From Polyangiales bacterium (GTDB lineage: Bacteria; Myxococcota_A; Polyangia; Polyangiales; Polyangiaceae), in the NCBI GenBank assembly GCA_038230375.1, contig JBBRNJ010000085.1, forward strand, positions 1-36,092: DNA of 36,092 nucleotides, given 5' to 3'. Below the pieces are notes generated by a model, which saw only the letters and a list, made by a program, of their open reading frames with translations, ran no database searches and was not told the origin of the DNA. Positions 17,187-25,807 of the stretch are shown piece after piece. Every line of letters begins with the position of its first letter. Position 1 is the first letter of the stretch. A program made the translations under genes and the position numbers.

Positions 17187-20100
17187 TTACGCGACAGCCA
17201 CGCTGTCGATGACGCTCTTCTTCGCCTTCTCGTCGGCCTCGTGCATCTTGACGCTCACCAGGCGAGACACACCGGACTCCTGCATGGTGACGCCGTGGAG
17301 CACGTCGACCATCTGCATGGTGCGCTTGATGTGCGTGATCAGGATGAACTGCGATCGGTCCGTCATGGATCGGATCAACTCGTTGTAACGAGCGACGTTC
17401 GCCTCATCGAGCGGCGCGTCGACCTCGTCCAGGATGCAGAACGGTGACGGTTTGATCTGGAAGATGGCGAAGATGAGCGAGACGGCCGTGAGGGCCTTCT
17501 CGCCGCCGCTCATCAGCTCGATCGACGACAGCTTCTTGCCCGGGGGTTGCGCCAGGATGTCGATGCCGGTCTCCAGCATGTCCTCCGGATCCGTGAGACG
17601 CAGACGTGCGGTGCCACCGCGGAACATGCGCGGGAAGACCTCCTGGAAGCGGGCGTTCACCAGGTCGAAGGTCTCCTGGAAGAGCTTCTTCGACTCGCGG
17701 TTCATCTGCTGGATCGCGCGCTCCAGGTCAGCGAGTGCGCGATCGAGATCGCCCTTCTGCTCGGTGTAGAACGTGTAGCGCTTCTCTGCTTCTTCGTGCT
17801 CGCGCATGGCCTCGAGGTTCACGGAGCCCATGCGGTCGAGCAAGCCAGAGAGCTCGTGGATGCGGGATTTCTCCTCATCACCGGGCGGCGGACGCATGTG
17901 GTAGTCGCCGATGACCCGCGGCAGGATGAGGCCGCGGAACTTCTCCGAGACGGACTCGAGGAGGTGCTCGCGCGCGAGCGTGCGCTCACGCATGGCCATC
18001 TCGTGGGCGGCGAGCTCCTCTTTGGTGGAGTCGGCGCGCGTGCGGATGTCCTTCAGCGCGCCCTCGTGCTCGGCGAGCTCCGTTCGGTACGCGTCGAACA
18101 CGGCGCGCACTTCGGCGAGCGCGTCTGCGGCGGCGCGTGCACGATCGAGCGCGGCCATGAGCTTGTCCTTGTGCGTGACGATGAGCGCGACTGCCTCGCC
18201 CATCTCCGCGGCGCCGCGACACAGCTCGTCTTCGAGGCGACTGTGACGCTCGGTCAGCTCTTCGCGGCTCTTCTCCAGACGAACCAGCGTTCCCCTGGCG
18301 GCTTGCAGCTTCTCGCGCGCCTTCGCCACGTTGACCTTGCGCGACAGCACGACGTCGCGCTGCGCGTCCGTCTTCTGGCGGGCCTCTCCGTACTCCGTGT
18401 CGGCCAACGCAAGCAGCGTGGTGCGCTCTTCTGCGCGACCGCGCGCGTCCTCTGCGAGCGCGAGCGCTGCTTCCTTCTCCGCGTTCGCCTCCGCGAGCGC
18501 GTGCTCTGCCGCGGCAACGTCGTTCAGCACCTGCGCCAGGTGAGCCTTCTTCTGATCGAGCTCCTTCGCGGTCGCCGTCCGCTGCGTCTCCGCTTGCACG
18601 AGCGAGAGCTCGTCCGCGTGTGCACGCTGCCGGGCGCGCTCGAGAGCAAGGTGGGATTCCTGGATCTGGTTGCGGAGGGTCTGGTACTCGCCGAGCCGCT
18701 CGGTGACCAACGCGTCGTCGATGCGGACGCCCTCTTCGAGCTCCCGGATCTCGCGCTTGTGCTCGAGCATCGAGGCAGCGACCTCTTCGCCCGTTCCGCC
18801 CGAGATGCGCCCGTCCTCGTGGAAGACAGTGCCCGCCAGCGTGACGACGGGGACGTGGGTGAACTGCGCGATCTTCTGCGCGGCCTCGTTGTCGCGCGCC
18901 AGGATGGCGTCGCCGAGCATGGCGGCGACGAGCGCCTCGTCCTCTATGGACGCCTTCACCATGTCGCGGAGCATCCCCATGCAACCGTCGATGTCCATGG
19001 GGACGTCGAAGCGTGTGCCCGCTACATGCCGCGGGCGGGACGGAACGACGGTCGCGCGACCCTTGTGACCTGCAGCCAGATCGGTGAGGAGCGCGAGCCC
19101 TGCGTCGGTGTCGTCAACGAGCACCTCGGACAGGCGGCTGCCGAGCAGACCCGCGACGGCCTGCGTCAGCTCCTCCGGCACGTCCATGCGATCGGCAACG
19201 AGGCCCTTCACGTGGGGATTTCCGCCCTCGACGAGCGTCTTGGCGCCGACGCCGACGCCCGTGAGCTTGCGTACGATCTCCGAGAGGGCCGTGAAACGCG
19301 AGCGACGCTTCTGCAGCCGGTCCTTCGCGTCTTCGAGCGCTCGCTCGCTCTCCATCACATTCGCGCGCAGAGTCTCCAGCGTGGTCGCGAGGTGATCGCG
19401 CTCGTCGTCACTGGAGACCTTGCCCTCGCGCAGGTCCGCGATGAGCATCACGAGCTCTTCGTGCAGGTGCTCGAGCTCACCGATCTTGGTCTCGGTGACC
19501 TCGCGGTCGCCCTCCAGCCGGTCCTTCCGGGTTGCGGTCTCGTCGCGGCGCCGCTCGAAGCCATGCAGCTTCGCCTCTGAGCTCGCCACTTCGGCCTGCG
19601 CGCGCGACAGCTCCGTACGGTGCTCGTTCACGACGGCCATCGCGCGCTCTGCCTCGTGGGCGCGCTCCGACATGACGGCCTCTTCGATCGCGAGCTCGCC
19701 CGCGAATGCGTCGTCCTCCGCCTGGAAGGCGAGTACTTCGCCATCGAGGAGCTCCGCCTCCACGGACAGCTCCGTGTTCTTGTCCGCGATGCCGCGCTGC
19801 TCGGCAGCGGCCTGCTCGGCGCGCTCCTCGAGCGCCTTCACGCGGTCCTGCGCTCGGGCGATGAGCGCCTCTTCGGCGCGCACGTCGTTCTCGGCCCCGA
19901 AGTTCTCGTTCGATGCCTGCTCCGTGCGCTGCTCGGCCGCGTACGCGTCCAGTCGCAATGTCTCGAGGGTCGCCTCACGCGTGGCGAGCGCTGCCTTGGC
20001 TTCGTCCGTGGCCAGGGTGAGGCGGTCCACTTCCTGCGCCTCGAGCTTCATCCAGCCCGTGAGCTCGAGCCACTTGTGCGAGGCCTCGTAGAGCTGCAGG

Positions 20101-20783
20101 TCCTCGAGCTCCTGCCGGTAGGAAACGTAGCGCTCCGCCTTCGCGGCCTGGCGCTTCAGCGAGCCCAGGTTGCGCTCGATCTCCGAGACGATGTCGCCGA
20201 CGCGCAGCAGGTTCTGCTGCGTCATCTCCATCTTCTTCTCAGCCTGCTTCTTGCGGGCCTTGAACTTGGTGATGCCAGCGGCCTCCTCGATCAGCATGCG
20301 GCGGTCTTCCGGCTTCGCGCTGACGATGAGACCGATCTTCCCTTGCTCGACGATGGAGTACGCCTTGGTGCCGACGCCGGTTCCGAGGAACAGATCGGTC
20401 ACGTCGCGGAGACGCACCTGCGTCTTGTTGATCAGGTACTCGCTGTCGCCGCTGCGATAGAGGCGTCGCGTGACGGCGATCTCCGGGTAGTCCCTGTACT
20501 CGAGCGGGACGTCCGTCGCGTCGTCGTTCTCGAACGTCAGCGTGACCTCGGCCATGTCCGCACCGGCGCGCGACTCCGAGCCGCTGAAGATGACGTCATC
20601 CATGCTCCGGCCGCGGAGGTGCTTGGCGCTCTGCTCACCCATGCACCAGCGAATCGAGTCGACGATGTTGGACTTACCGCAGCCGTTGGGCCCTACGATG
20701 CCCATGACCTCGTGCTCGAAATTCACGACCGTGCGGTCCACGAAGGACTTGAACCCGCACATCTCCAGCCGCTTGATCTTCAT
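17187..20783 (-). CDS. smc: Chromosome segregation protein SMC
   Basis: Start moved to ATG 20783 (SD GGAG); GFKSF, GPNGCGKSN, coiled coils, hinge, MSGGEKA, ILDEVDAPLD, ITH. Confidence 0.96.
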   Translation of the reverse strand: MKIKRLEMCGFKSFVDRTVVNFEHEVMGIVGPNGCGKSNIVDSIRWCMGEQSAKHLRGRSMDDVIFSGSESRAGADMAEVTLTFENDDATDVPLEYRDYPEIAVTRRLYRSGDSEYLINKTQVRLRDVTDLFLGTGVGTKAYSIVEQGKIGLIVSAKPEDRRMLIEEAAGITKFKARKKQAEKKMEMTQQNLLRVGDIVSEIERNLGSLKRQAAKAERYVSYRQELEDLQLYEASHKWLELTGWMKLEAQEVDRLTLATDEAKAALATREATLETLRLDAYAAEQRTEQASNENFGAENDVRAEEALIARAQDRVKALEERAEQAAAEQRGIADKNTELSVEAELLDGEVLAFQAEDDAFAGELAIEEAVMSERAHEAERAMAVVNEHRTELSRAQAEVASSEAKLHGFERRRDETATRKDRLEGDREVTETKIGELEHLHEELVMLIADLREGKVSSDDERDHLATTLETLRANVMESERALEDAKDRLQKRRSRFTALSEIVRKLTGVGVGAKTLVEGGNPHVKGLVADRMDVPEELTQAVAGLLGSRLSEVLVDDTDAGLALLTDLAAGHKGRATVVPSRPRHVAGTRFDVPMDIDGCMGMLRDMVKASIEDEALVAAMLGDAILARDNEAAQKIAQFTHVPVVTLAGTVFHEDGRISGGTGEEVAASMLEHKREIRELEEGVRIDDALVTERLGEYQTLRNQIQESHLALERARQRAHADELSLVQAETQRTATAKELDQKKAHLAQVLNDVAAAEHALAEANAEKEAALALAEDARGRAEERTTLLALADTEYGEARQKTDAQRDVVLSRKVNVAKAREKLQAARGTLVRLEKSREELTERHSRLEDELCRGAAEMGEAVALIVTHKDKLMAALDRARAAADALAEVRAVFDAYRTELAEHEGALKDIRTRADSTKEELAAHEMAMRERTLAREHLLESVSEKFRGLILPRVIGDYHMRPPPGDEEKSRIHELSGLLDRMGSVNLEAMREHEEAEKRYTFYTEQKGDLDRALADLERAIQQMNRESKKLFQETFDLVNARFQEVFPRMFRGGTARLRLTDPEDMLETGIDILAQPPGKKLSSIELMSGGEKALTAVSLIFAIFQIKPSPFCILDEVDAPLDEANVARYNELIRSMTDRSQFILITHIKRTMQMVDVLHGVTMQESGVSRLVSVKMHEADEKAKKSVIDSVAVA

Positions 20784-21007
20784 GTCGCAAACTCCGAGAG
20801 CAGTACCGGCCCGCTCACGCGCAATTCCCCGCCATTCGGCCATTTCGTGCCGAGCATCTTCAAGATGCCAGGTAGACAAAGTGGGTTGGGGCTCGTGACA
20901 CTACGCATCGGGTAACGTACCTTCACGTGTTGTCACTAGTTCGATGGATTACGTCCGTCTTGGCCTTCGCGCAAGCGGGATCTTCGGTTGACCGCAAGGC
21001 GGGAGGC

Positions 21008-21037
21008 TTGACAAGAGGCTACCCGCAACAATACGTG
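21008..21037 (+). promoter_or_regulatory. Probable sigma70-type promoter of the FmdB-family gene
   Basis: Perfect TTGACA (21008-21013) with a weak -10 (TACGTG) 18 bp downstream; G/C hairpin at about 21047-21064 in the leader. Confidence 0.45.
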
Positions 21038-21084
21038 GCGTTCCCAGGGGGGCTTCGCTCCCCCTTCGAGAACCCAAGATAGCC

Positions 21085-21627
21085 ATGCCCACCTACGAGT
21101 ACGTTTGCGAGTCCTGCGCTAACCAGTGGGAAGAGATTCAGAAAATCACCGAGAACGCGCTCGACGAGTGCCCCAAGTGCCACAACAAGACCGCCAAGCG
21201 CCAGATCAGCGGCGGCGGCTTCATCTTGAAGGGCGGCGGCTGGTACGCCGACCTCTACTCATCGTCGAAGCCGAGCGGCGGTGCAGCGCCTGCGACAGGA
21301 GGAGCCTCCTCCGACGCGTCCTCTTCGTCCGGCGGTGACAGCTCGAGCAAGAAATCCGAAGGCAGTGGCGGCAGCGGTTCGGGAGCGGCGCCTGCGACAG
21401 GTGGGGGAGGCGGCTCGTCTGGCGGAAGTGGCTCGTCGGGTGGTGGCGCGTCGGGTGGTGGCGCGTCGGGTGGTGGCGCGTCGGGTGGTGGCGCGTCGGG
21501 TGGAGGCTCGTCGGGTGGCGGCTCGTCTGGCGGAAGTGGCTCGTCGGGTGGCGGCTCGTCGGGTGGAGGCTCGTCGGGTGGAAGCGGCTCGTCGGGTGGT
21601 GGCTCTTCCACGCCCAAGAAGTCCTGA
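21085..21627 (+). CDS. FmdB-family zinc-ribbon protein with long Gly/Ser tail
   Basis: MPTYEYVCESC...CPKC...GFILKGGGWYADLY followed by about 120 low-complexity residues. Confidence 0.88.
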   Translation: MPTYEYVCESCANQWEEIQKITENALDECPKCHNKTAKRQISGGGFILKGGGWYADLYSSSKPSGGAAPATGGASSDASSSSGGDSSSKKSEGSGGSGSGAAPATGGGGGSSGGSGSSGGGASGGGASGGGASGGGASGGGSSGGGSSGGSGSSGGGSSGGGSSGGSGSSGGGSSTPKKS

Positions 21628-22172
21628 TCGGAGCGGCTGCGTGGACGCGCGTCATCGCGAAAGACGAGCGCCGTAGCTTCCTCCGCGGAGATGCCCAGCG
21701 TTGCTGCCACGCGTGCGAGCGCGAGCGGCACGAGGCGCCCGCGCGGAGGTTGCGCGATCTGCTGCAGGTCGTCCTTCCACTGGAGCGCGAGCGCGGCGTC
21801 GTGCAGGCGCTCGACGTCACGCGCGAACTTCGCGTGCGTCTGTGCGTCGATCTTTTTTCGACCGCGCAGCCACGCCTTCACCGCCTTCACGCCGCGCATC
21901 GCGTGCGCGAACGTGAGCTCCGCCAGCATCCACTGCGCGACCTGACCCGGGTCGAGCTCCGCGCTCACGATCGCGTCGATGCGATCGTGCACATGAGCAA
22001 GCGTCAACACATCGAGCGCGCGCAGCGCACCAGGAAACTCGAGCGCCAGCGCGCGTAGCTCCGCGACCGGAGGCCCGTCCCCCTTTCCGCGAAGACGCAG
22101 CGCGAGGATCGCCTCGTACTTGAAGCGCAATCGCGCGAGGTCGAGCTCTCCTCTGCCGGGCGTGTCCGTCAC
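21255..22172 (-). CDS. Hypothetical protein: helical N-terminal region (about 170 aa) plus Pro/Asp/Glu tail antisense to the FmdB gene
   Basis: Only plausible gene filling 21628-22172; protein-like sequence (LALEFPGALRALD, PPRGRL, LGISAEEATALVF); -10 TAGCAT 6 nt before the GTG. Confidence 0.7.
   Translation of the reverse strand: MTDTPGRGELDLARLRFKYEAILALRLRGKGDGPPVAELRALALEFPGALRALDVLTLAHVHDRIDAIVSAELDPGQVAQWMLAELTFAHAMRGVKAVKAWLRGRKKIDAQTHAKFARDVERLHDAALALQWKDDLQQIAQPPRGRLVPLALARVAATLGISAEEATALVFRDDARPRSRSDQDFLGVEEPPPDEPLPPDEPPPDEPPPDEPLPPDEPPPDEPPPDAPPPDAPPPDAPPPDAPPPDEPLPPDEPPPPPVAGAAPEPLPPLPSDFLLELSPPDEEDASEEAPPVAGAAPPLGFDDE
21409..21606. repeat. 15-bp unit tandem array (GGC[GT]CGTCGGGTGG[TAC]) with variants
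   Basis: Reads GASGG/GSSGG on + and PPDAP/PPDEP on -. Confidence 0.9.
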
Positions 22173-22194
22173 ACGAGCATGCTACGCTAGGACC
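22173..22194. promoter_or_regulatory. Bidirectional promoter with overlapping -10 elements
   Basis: + strand TG-C-TACGCT (hexamer 22183-22188) 6 nt before ATG 22195; - strand TAGCAT (22184-22179) 6 nt before GTG 22172. Confidence 0.65.
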
Positions 22195-23262
22195 ATGTCC
22201 GATAGTCGTCGCGTGATCGAGGAGCTTCGGGGCGAGATGAGCCAGGTGGACGCGGAGCTCGTGAAGCTCCTCGACCGCAGGGCGAAGCTGGCGAAGAAGA
22301 TCGGCGTCGCGCGGAAGGATGCGCCGAACGCGCCCATCGCCGAGCGCGCCGCCATGATCGAGCTCGCCGCGACATCGTCTGGCGACATGCCAGAGAACAG
22401 CCTCCGTGAGATCCTCGGACGGATCCACGCAGAGTGCCTCGCGCTCGAGGTCCCTGTGCCTGTCGCCTACGCAGGACCGGAGGGTGGGCGAGGCGACGCG
22501 GCCGCGCGCTCGCGTTTTGGAGATGCCTCGTCTTACGTGCGCACGGACGACGCCACGCTGGCGTTCGAAGAGGTGACGCAGAAGCGCGCGCAGTTCGCGA
22601 TCGTGCCACTCGAGACGCGCACCGACGGGCCCGTGCAGTCGACGATCCTGGCGCTCATGGCGAGCGATCTGCGCATCGTGTCCTGCTTCGAGGTCGCGGA
22701 GAACCTGGACCTGGTCAGTCGCACCGGCACAGTGGCCGGGCTCGACAAGATCTACGCGATGCCCAGTGACCACGCAGCATCCGCGAAGTTCCTCGCGGAG
22801 ACCACGTCTGGCGCGCGCGTGCTGGACGTGCGCTCTCCGTCCGCCGGCGCCGAGCGCGCCGTGGAGGACTCGACGGCCGCCGCCGTGGTCTCGCGCGGCA
22901 TGGCGGAGCTCTACAAGCTGTCGGTGGTGAAGAGCGGCGTGCGAGATCTCGGCGACGAGCGCGTGCGCTACGCGATCGTGGGCGCGCGTCCCTCCGCCCG
23001 CACCGGCAACGATCTGACGGCGCTCGCGCTGTCCGTCGCGGACTCACCCGGGGCCCTCCACGAGGTGCTGAAGCAGTTCGCGGAGCGCGGGATCAACCTC
23101 ACGAAGATCCAGTCGCGGCCCGCAGCGGGTGAGGCGTGGGCCTACCTCTTCTTCATCGAGGTGAAGGGCCACGTGACGGATCGCAACCTGGTCTCGGCCC
23201 TCGAAGAGGTGAAACGGCTCGCCAAGTTCTACCGCGTCCTAGGCTCCTACCAGGCGCCCTGA
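22195..23262 (+). CDS. pheA: P-protein-like chorismate mutase/prephenate dehydratase-ACT protein with degenerate catalytic motifs
   Basis: AroQ-like N-terminus (LRGEMSQVDAELVKLLDRR), VAYAGPEG, ACT domain (PGALHEVL..F..RGINLTKIQSRP..W.YLFFIE, LGSY). Start moved to ATG 22195. Confidence 0.8.
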   Translation: MSDSRRVIEELRGEMSQVDAELVKLLDRRAKLAKKIGVARKDAPNAPIAERAAMIELAATSSGDMPENSLREILGRIHAECLALEVPVPVAYAGPEGGRGDAAARSRFGDASSYVRTDDATLAFEEVTQKRAQFAIVPLETRTDGPVQSTILALMASDLRIVSCFEVAENLDLVSRTGTVAGLDKIYAMPSDHAASAKFLAETTSGARVLDVRSPSAGAERAVEDSTAAAVVSRGMAELYKLSVVKSGVRDLGDERVRYAIVGARPSARTGNDLTALALSVADSPGALHEVLKQFAERGINLTKIQSRPAAGEAWAYLFFIEVKGHVTDRNLVSALEEVKRLAKFYRVLGSYQAP

Positions 23263-23838
23263 CGGCTCTCCCGTGGGCCACCCACGGTTGGCCTCGCGGA
23301 GCAGATCTTCCACGGTCCACTGATCGTCGGCATGGGCGCCGTAGTGCAGGGCGACGATCTTGCCCTCGCGATCGATCAGGAAGTCTGCGGGCAGTCCCGT
23401 CTGGTCCAGACCACCGACGAACGGATTCGATTTTGCGACGGCGAGGCCCTTCAGCGCCGACCACATCACCTTCGGATGCGCCACGGCCAGCCTCGAGCGC
23501 TCCACACCAAAGTGCGCATACCAGAGGCGCTCGGGGTCGGGCACGACAGCGAACGGAAGGTCGCCCTGATACGGAGCCATCTGTGCCGCCGTCGAATGGA
23601 AGAACGCGACGGTGACGACGCGAGCGGCAGCCAGCGCACCGATGGCAAGAGCGAACGCCCGCATGTGGAGGTTGCAGACTGGGCACCCCGCGAACCTCCT
23701 GAACTGTAGATGCAAGAATGACGCGGAGGGCGCGGGCCACTCGAACGTCCCGTGTGCAAGCGTCTCGAAGCGGAGGGGCCCGACCCGCTCGTTGACGCAG
23801 CGCCGAGGTGAGGAGCTGGGCGAAGGACGGTTTGTCAT
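23239..23838 (-). CDS. Peroxiredoxin-like (AhpC/TSA, thioredoxin-fold) protein
   Basis: FRRFAGCPVC (CxxC), DPERLWYAHFG, LPADFLID..G; start moved to ATG 23838; 3' end overlaps pheA by 24 bp. Confidence 0.82.
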   Translation of the reverse strand: MTNRPSPSSSPRRCVNERVGPLRFETLAHGTFEWPAPSASFLHLQFRRFAGCPVCNLHMRAFALAIGALAAARVVTVAFFHSTAAQMAPYQGDLPFAVVPDPERLWYAHFGVERSRLAVAHPKVMWSALKGLAVAKSNPFVGGLDQTGLPADFLIDREGKIVALHYGAHADDQWTVEDLLREANRGWPTGEPSGRLVGA

Positions 23839-23874
23839 GTCCAGCAGGATGGGCCCGCGCGGAGCATGGCGCCA

Positions 23875-23911
23875 ATCGATGTGTAACATAGTGAATATGG
23901 TACGTTTGCAT
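23875..23911. promoter_or_regulatory. Two LysR-type T-N11-A boxes and the lysR -10 element
   Basis: ATC-N9-CAT (23875-23889) and ATG-N9-CAT (23897-23911); TG-G-TACGTT (hexamer 23901-23906). Confidence 0.6.
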
Positions 23912-23912
23912 G

Positions 23913-24815
23913 ATGATCGAACGCATGGATGTGGCCAATCTCGTCGCGCTCCACGTGCTCCTCGAGGAGCGCAGCGTCACACGCGCGGCAGAGCGCCTGG
24001 GACTCACCCAGTCGTCCGTGAGCCACCGACTCTCGCGTCTTCGAGAGACCCTGGAGGACCCGATCTTCGTGCGGGCGCCGGCGGGACTCGTCCCCACGGC
24101 CCGCGCAGCCGAAATGGCGCAACCGTTGGCCCGTGCGCTGCGGGCGCTGCACGATGTGGTGGTACCCCCAGCGCGCTTCGACCCCCGGACCAGCTCCTAC
24201 TCACTCTCGATCGCCATTCCGGATCTGCTGGCGCCGCTCTGCTCGCGGCTCGTCGCCGACATCACGTCGGCCGCTCCCGGCTTTGGCGTGCAGCTCGTGA
24301 ATGTAGCTCCGGCTTTGTCGACGTCGCTCTCCACGGGCTCGCCAGGGCTAGCGCTCGTGCCTGCTCGCTTTGTCGACGGTGGGGTTGTTGCACGGGCCCT
24401 GGGCGACGTGCACTTTGGCGTGGTCGGCCGTCGTGGACACCCTGCGTTGAAGAAGCCACTCACGGTGGAGCGCTGGCTCGCCTACGGACACGTGGTCGTC
24501 CGCGTTGGAAACGAACGCACGGGCCTGGTCGAAGAAGAGCTCGCACGGCGCCGGCTCACCCGGCGAGTCGGCCTGGAGGTGCCATCGTTCCTGGCCGGCC
24601 TTCTTGCGCTGACCCGCTCCGATCTTCTGATGAACGTGCCCGTGCCGCTGGTGCTCGATGCCGCCAAGGAGCTTGGTCTCCGTGTTCGTGAGCTGCCGCT
24701 CCGTTTGCCCTCCTTGCGATTTGCCATGTGCTGGCATGAGCGCTTCCGGAACGACCCCCCGCATGCGTGGGCGCGCGAACGTGTCTGGAGTGCCGTGCGG
24801 CCTGCGTTCGAGTGA
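23913..24815 (+). CDS. LysR-family transcriptional regulator
   Basis: LLEERSVTRAAERLGLTQSSVSHRLSRLR..L.DP.FVR..PT.RA HTH; C-terminal WHER...DP.H.W. Start at 23910 or 23913. Confidence 0.93.
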   Translation: MIERMDVANLVALHVLLEERSVTRAAERLGLTQSSVSHRLSRLRETLEDPIFVRAPAGLVPTARAAEMAQPLARALRALHDVVVPPARFDPRTSSYSLSIAIPDLLAPLCSRLVADITSAAPGFGVQLVNVAPALSTSLSTGSPGLALVPARFVDGGVVARALGDVHFGVVGRRGHPALKKPLTVERWLAYGHVVVRVGNERTGLVEEELARRRLTRRVGLEVPSFLAGLLALTRSDLLMNVPVPLVLDAAKELGLRVRELPLRLPSLRFAMCWHERFRNDPPHAWARERVWSAVRPAFE

Positions 24816-24821
24816 TACCCT

Positions 24822-24850
24822 TTGAACCGGGCAGACCTTGCGTGTAGTTT
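24822..24850 (+). promoter_or_regulatory. sigma70-type promoter for the lipoprotein-aroA(-cmk) unit, leaderless geometry
   Basis: TTGAAC (24822-24827), 17 bp, TAGTTT (24845-24850), 6 nt, ATG 24857; no SD. Confidence 0.65.
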
Positions 24851-24856
24851 CCGTGC

Positions 24857-25804
24857 ATGCGAACTTTCTTCGTTGGTGCGGTCGCCGCGGTCCTTGCATT
24901 CTCCGTCAGCGGCTGTGGAGGGAAGAAGGACACCGTCACGCCCGCGGCCACAGGCAAGGCGGTCGACCTGGACGCGGACCCGCTCGCGCTCTTGCCCGGT
25001 TCTGCCGTCGCGGTCTCCTCGCTCGACGCACGACAGTTCTTCATGAGCCCGTCGTTCGGCGCGCAGCTCGCGCAGACCGTCGAGCACTACATGCCGATCG
25101 GCCAGGAGGCGAACTTCATCCCCTCGCGCGATCTGTCGCGCATCGTGTGTGGCTCGTATGCGATGCAGGGCGCAGACGTCGCGTGCGTGCTCTCCGGCAC
25201 CTTCGACGAGCCGCGTATCCGCGCGCTCGCAGAGCAGCACCAGCCGACCAAGAGCGGCGGCATGCTCGTGGTCTCGCAGTACGGCGGCCGCGCCCTCTAC
25301 ACCATCAACAACGTCGGCTTCGCCATCCTCACGCCGAAGACCGCGCTCGCCGGTACCGAGACGGGCATGCGTCGCGCACTCGATCGCGTTGTCGCGAACC
25401 ACATCCAGCGCGACATTCTTCCGTGGATGGCGCAGACGCTCGACACCCAGGGCGCGCCTGCCGCGCTTGCCGCGGACTTCTCGTCGCAGCAGGTGCCGCA
25501 GAACACGGGCATCCCGCTCCCCGCCACGCAGGGCCTGAGGAGCGCGCGCGTGCTCGCGAACTTCCAGCCGCCGGGGCTCAACGTGGCGGGCAGCCTCACG
25601 TACGCGGATCCGCAGACGGCGCAGAACGCGGCTGCCTTCATCCAGTCGCAGCAGAAGTACCTGATGTTCGCGCCGGCCATCGGCGTGCAGGTGAAGCAGT
25701 TCAACGTGGCTGTGCAGCAGAGCGACGTGCAGGTCACGGTCGCCACGGACGATCAGTCCTTGAAGAACCTGCTCGGCAACGCGCCGCGATTCATGGGCCA
25801 GTAG
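24857..25804 (+). CDS. Hypothetical lipoprotein
   Basis: Lipobox VSGC; strong G/C third-position bias; stop 3 nt before aroA. Confidence 0.8.
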   Translation: MRTFFVGAVAAVLAFSVSGCGGKKDTVTPAATGKAVDLDADPLALLPGSAVAVSSLDARQFFMSPSFGAQLAQTVEHYMPIGQEANFIPSRDLSRIVCGSYAMQGADVACVLSGTFDEPRIRALAEQHQPTKSGGMLVVSQYGGRALYTINNVGFAILTPKTALAGTETGMRRALDRVVANHIQRDILPWMAQTLDTQGAPAALAADFSSQQVPQNTGIPLPATQGLRSARVLANFQPPGLNVAGSLTYADPQTAQNAAAFIQSQQKYLMFAPAIGVQVKQFNVAVQQSDVQVTVATDDQSLKNLLGNAPRFMGQ

Positions 25805-25807
25805 TTC

